DNA from: Stegostoma tigrinum
Lineage: Eukaryota
Assembly: GCF_030684315.1 (NCBI RefSeq)
Contig: NC_081356.1
Coordinates: 28,545,197 to 28,609,196, forward strand
Reading direction: 5' to 3'
Length of the DNA stretch: 64,000 bases
The position numbers and the translations under genes are program-made. The notes under the pieces are model-generated. The model worked only from the letters and a program-made list of their open reading frames with translations. It made no database searches and was not told the origin of the DNA. Of the stretch, positions 62,837 to 64,000 are shown piece by piece (the first letter of the stretch is position 1; each line of letters starts with the position of its first letter).

Positions 62837-64000
62837 GTGAAAAACATTGTGCCCATATCGAGAAAGAGTGCCCAGCCATTGTCTTCGCTTATAAGCATTT
62901 TCAACATATATATATGCGGAACAGGCAAAGTGACAGTCAAGTCTGATCACATACCACTAAAAATGCCCCTCAAGCTGCTACTATCTGGTCCAAAGGGACA
63001 GCAAAAGCTGTTACTCCAGTTCCAGTGATATCATCTAAATGTGACGTACTAGCAAAGGAAGTAGATACATGTTGCAAACATGCTGTCAAGAACAGCCATC
63101 CGAGTGAGTAACATGGTTGATGCTACTATAAAATGTGAAACTCCTCTAAGGTTCAATGTGAAGCTGCAGCTGAAGTCATCAATTAGCACAGACACTGAAA
63201 GTAACAGACGATGCCTTGCTCAAATCAAACTATCCACCAAGATACAAATCTCCAAGTGCCGCAAGAAGCAGTGATAAAAGGATAGCCAAACAGCATCAAG
63301 GACTTTTCTGTTACTATGAGAGCATATTGGGCAGATAGAACTGAATTGAACTGCCCAAGCTGGCAGCTTGAACAAAGGAAATCGAGTAATTATCCGGAAA
63401 GAGTTGAGAGGAGAGATGTTAAATCATATCCTCACGAGACAGTGAATTGAATCAAGCTTGAGGAAGACAAGAAGATGTGCTTCATTGGCCAAAATTAGGA
63501 AGGAAATCACTGACTAGATCAGCCATTGTGTTACTTGTAGGGAGCACCAAGCTAAGTATGCTAGACAGCCACTGATGACACATGATATCCCAAACAGCCA
63601 ATGGGTGCAGCTGAGAGTAGCTTTCTCCACACTCGCAGGAAGTGACCTTCTTGTTACAGTAGAATACTGACGGGTGGACCAGCTGACTTCAATGACTACC
63701 ACTGCGATGGCCCAGTGCCTAAAAGAACCCATCAGCCATTTTGGCATTCCCAACACTGTTATTCGTGACAGTGGCTTCCATTTCATGACAGAAATCTTCA
63801 GTCACTTCATGAAAGATTGGGAAATTCAGCACCATATGTCATCTCTGTGTTATCTCCAGTCAAATGGAAAGGCTGAGGCATCAGTGAAAATCACCAAATG
63901 AGTCATAAAGAAGTGGAGCAACTCCAATGCAGATGTATGTAAGGCAGACCTTGTGTGGAAAAACACAGCCATGAAGGCATGGGAAAAAATTAATATTGCA

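Larger units (their letters stand above)
58500..64000 (+). mobile_element. Decayed Ty3/Gypsy LTR retrotransposon internal region (gag-PR-RT-RH-IN), running off the window end
   Basis: gag TCEFAQLKNELIRDGIVLGI; protease CYLDTGASCNIM (about 59355); RT KLRVCIVPKNLN...FGISTAPEE...VDDLLVYG; RNase H ALTQTE|IEKECPAIVFA; integrase FGIPNTVIRDSG...QSNGKAEASVK. Confidence 0.9.

Overview
This is eukaryotic (vertebrate) DNA, not prokaryotic. The repeats (HE1-type V-SINEs, HER1/CR1 LINEs, a Deu-domain SINE, Penelope-like elements) point to a cartilaginous fish, probably a shark; the species is an inference. The window lies inside one + strand gene, mamdc2 (MAM domain-containing 2). I read six GT-AG internal coding exons (12543-12799, 25786-25870, 27195-27332, 44792-45045, 53512-53605, 57756-57902) that splice into one stop-free 975-nt frame covering most of MAM1, all of MAM2 and the start of MAM3. 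The first and last exons appear to lie outside the window. Most listed ORFs are transposon debris or chance. The introns hold many CR1 and L2-like LINE fragments, several SINE families, two solo LTRs, a Tigger-like MITE, a decayed Gypsy element (58500-end), and a full-length, heavily nested fossil Ty1/Copia (GalEa-like) element (about 32337-42430) plus a second Copia 3' end (2671-4350). The most striking signal is about 11 minimal hammerhead-ribozyme cores (CUGANGA-stem II-GAAA-NN-UH) carried by two Penelope-derived families on both strands, often as back-to-back hairpins. All alignments were done by eye, and repeat boundaries are approximate unless termini or target-site duplications (TSDs) are quoted.
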